From assembly GCA_002269645.1 (NCBI GenBank), contig NIVC01000349.1, positions 558,001 through 622,000 of the forward strand: 64,000 nt of DNA, in the 5' to 3' direction. A model generated the notes under the pieces. That model made no database searches, had not been told where the DNA came from, and saw nothing but the letters and a program-made list of their open reading frames with translations. Within the stretch, counting starts at the first letter, position 1. Each line of letters starts with the position of its first letter. Positions 62,425-64,000 of the stretch are shown here, in pieces. The translations under genes and the position numbers were made by a program. This DNA comes from Macrostomum lignano. Its lineage: Eukaryota.

Positions 62425-62619
62425 CCAGCCTGGTTGGTAAATAGTTTGGCTTACGTCTGACTTTGACCTTTTTCCTTACTGCTCTCTGATTGGCTGAGCT
62501 AGATTAGGCCTGCCCCCTAGACTCCTGACTTTAACGACCCCTCCTTACTGCTTTCTCATTGGCTGAGCCAGATTGGGCCTGCCCCCTCGGCTGAGTTTAA
62601 TCTGTCTTGCGTTCATTTG

Positions 62620-63355
62620 CGTACATCGAGCGATCGACAGGCTGGTCGAGCTGGCATCGAGCGTCGGTCTGATCGTCAACACGCTAAAGACCGAGGTGCT
62701 GACTGTGCCGGCCGACATCCCAGCGGACCTGACGTGCCGCGGCGCAGACGGGCAGATGACCAAGCTCGCATGCTGCCAGCGGTTCACCTACCTCGGCGGT
62801 CTGGTGCCCTACGTGGAGGAAGACCTCCGGCGGCGCAGAGGACTTGCCCCGGGCAGCCTTCCGTTTGATCCGGGCCGTCCTCCAGTCCGAAGTGCTACCC
62901 GACCGCCAGAGGGCTCGGCTGTGGCAGGCGGTGGTCAAAACCGACCTGCTCTACAACGCCGAGACGTGGACGCTGACGGCTACGCTAGAGCGGCAGCTGG
63001 ACTCGGTGCACTCAGGGCTGCTCCGCGCGGTCTTTTAAGCTGACGAGATCGAGCGTCGGGACCGAGGCCCTGTACGATCGGGCCAAGCTGCAGCGCCCGT
63101 TCATCATCCTGCGCCGGCAGCGACTTCAACTGGCGGGCCACGTGATCAAGGGCTACTGCCCCCAACCTGTTCAGGACGTCCTGCTGTTCACCTTGCAGGG
63201 CCCGTTCAGGCGGGGTCAGGCCCAAACCCGTGATGGATACGTGGACTGCCTGCTGTGCCACGCTGGGGCACCCGACACTCCAACGGAGCGGACTTCGTCC
63301 GCTCTCAGGCTCTGCGGCTCTGTAACCGTGACCTTTGCATGCGGAGCTGCGTAGT
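62620..63355 (+). mobile_element. RTE-like non-LTR retrotransposon 3' fragment (end of RT and downstream domain), frameshifted
   Basis: GLIVNTLKTEVL, FTYLGG, LLYNAETWTLT and QRLQLAGHVIK are typical of LINE RT C-terminal regions. Confidence 0.75.
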
Positions 63356-63569
63356 TAAATGCTCGTTGTTCCCATATGCTCCACTTTTTTATTACACAGT
63401 TTATGTTTACGATACAATTTATGTTACACAGCTTAAACAAATACGAGCTCTTACTACCAAAACAGACTAGCCGTTCTACTTTTTTTACTATTTTAATGGC
63501 GAGTGACATACATGTACTTGTTTTAATTTTTCGAAGTTATTCGTACATGTATGCATGACAGTGGATATG

Positions 63570-63935
63570 AAACAACAACAACAACAACAACAGAGTACGC
63601 TGCCAGTTCACAAAAGCAGCGTCAGATGGCGCGCTTCAAAGCTTGGGCGCGAACAAAAGCCGCACCGCCGGCAGAGTCCGGGGCGCCGGCGTCAGCCAGC
63701 AGACAGTCGACGTAGCGCCGAGTCTTCGCCTGTCCCCGCCGGTAGGGTGCCTGCAACGAAAGTAGCAGCACCTCCTGCACCGGCTCCGGACAGTAGGCCT
63801 CGGCGCGGATGACGTGGCCTGCCAGCTGGAGTCGCCGACGGCGCAGCAGATCGCTAGGACGGGCCAGGCCGGCGCGATGATAGAGCGCCGTGTTGGTGAC
63901 TCGCTCGATGCCGATCTTGAAGGCGGCGCGGATAT
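63570..63935 (-). mobile_element. Second RTE-like LINE 3' end, opposite orientation, with (TTG)n tail
   Basis: LYHRAGLARPSDLLRRRRLQLAGHVIRAEAYCPEPVQEVLLLSLQAPYRRG is homologous to the + copy. An (AAC)n tract at 63570-63591 forms the tail. Confidence 0.78.
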
Positions 63936-64000
63936 GAAACATAAACATCTTACTGACCTGTTCATCCTGTCCTCTGTCAGTAAAGTGGCTGAAGATTAAA

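Overview
AT-rich animal genomic window with GC-richer exons. It contains GT-AG introns and about 25 unrelated minisatellite arrays that fill introns and intergenic spaces. This architecture, plus the Mab-21 and DEG/ENaC genes, is reminiscent of the free-living flatworm Macrostomum, but that is an inference only. Six spliced genes can be reconstructed by hand: a 5'-partial Derlin-2 (+), a Ptf1a orthologue with both RBPJ-binding motifs (-), a secreted antistasin-like Cys-rich protein (+), glycerol kinase 5 (-), a DEG/ENaC channel (-), and a predicted ~1674-aa ankyrin-repeat/cGAS-like receptor fusion. In this last, most interesting gene, a 3-kb exon of divergent 33-aa ankyrin-like repeats splices in frame to two Mab-21 nucleotidyltransferase exons with an apparently intact GS..DxD..D active site. 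The ORF track shows it as two unrelated ORFs and misses the exon carrying the GS..DxD motif. Mobile elements include a 4.9-kb Mutator-like element (~780-bp TIRs, 9-bp TSD), a TTAA-flanked Kolobok-like element carrying a 52-bp satellite, a hAT-type MITE, an LTR plus tRNA-Leu PBS fragment inside the cGLR intron, a truncated Gypsy with its 3' LTR, and two inverted RTE-like LINE 3' fragments. All splice models were derived by eye from reading-frame and phase compatibility and need RNA support.
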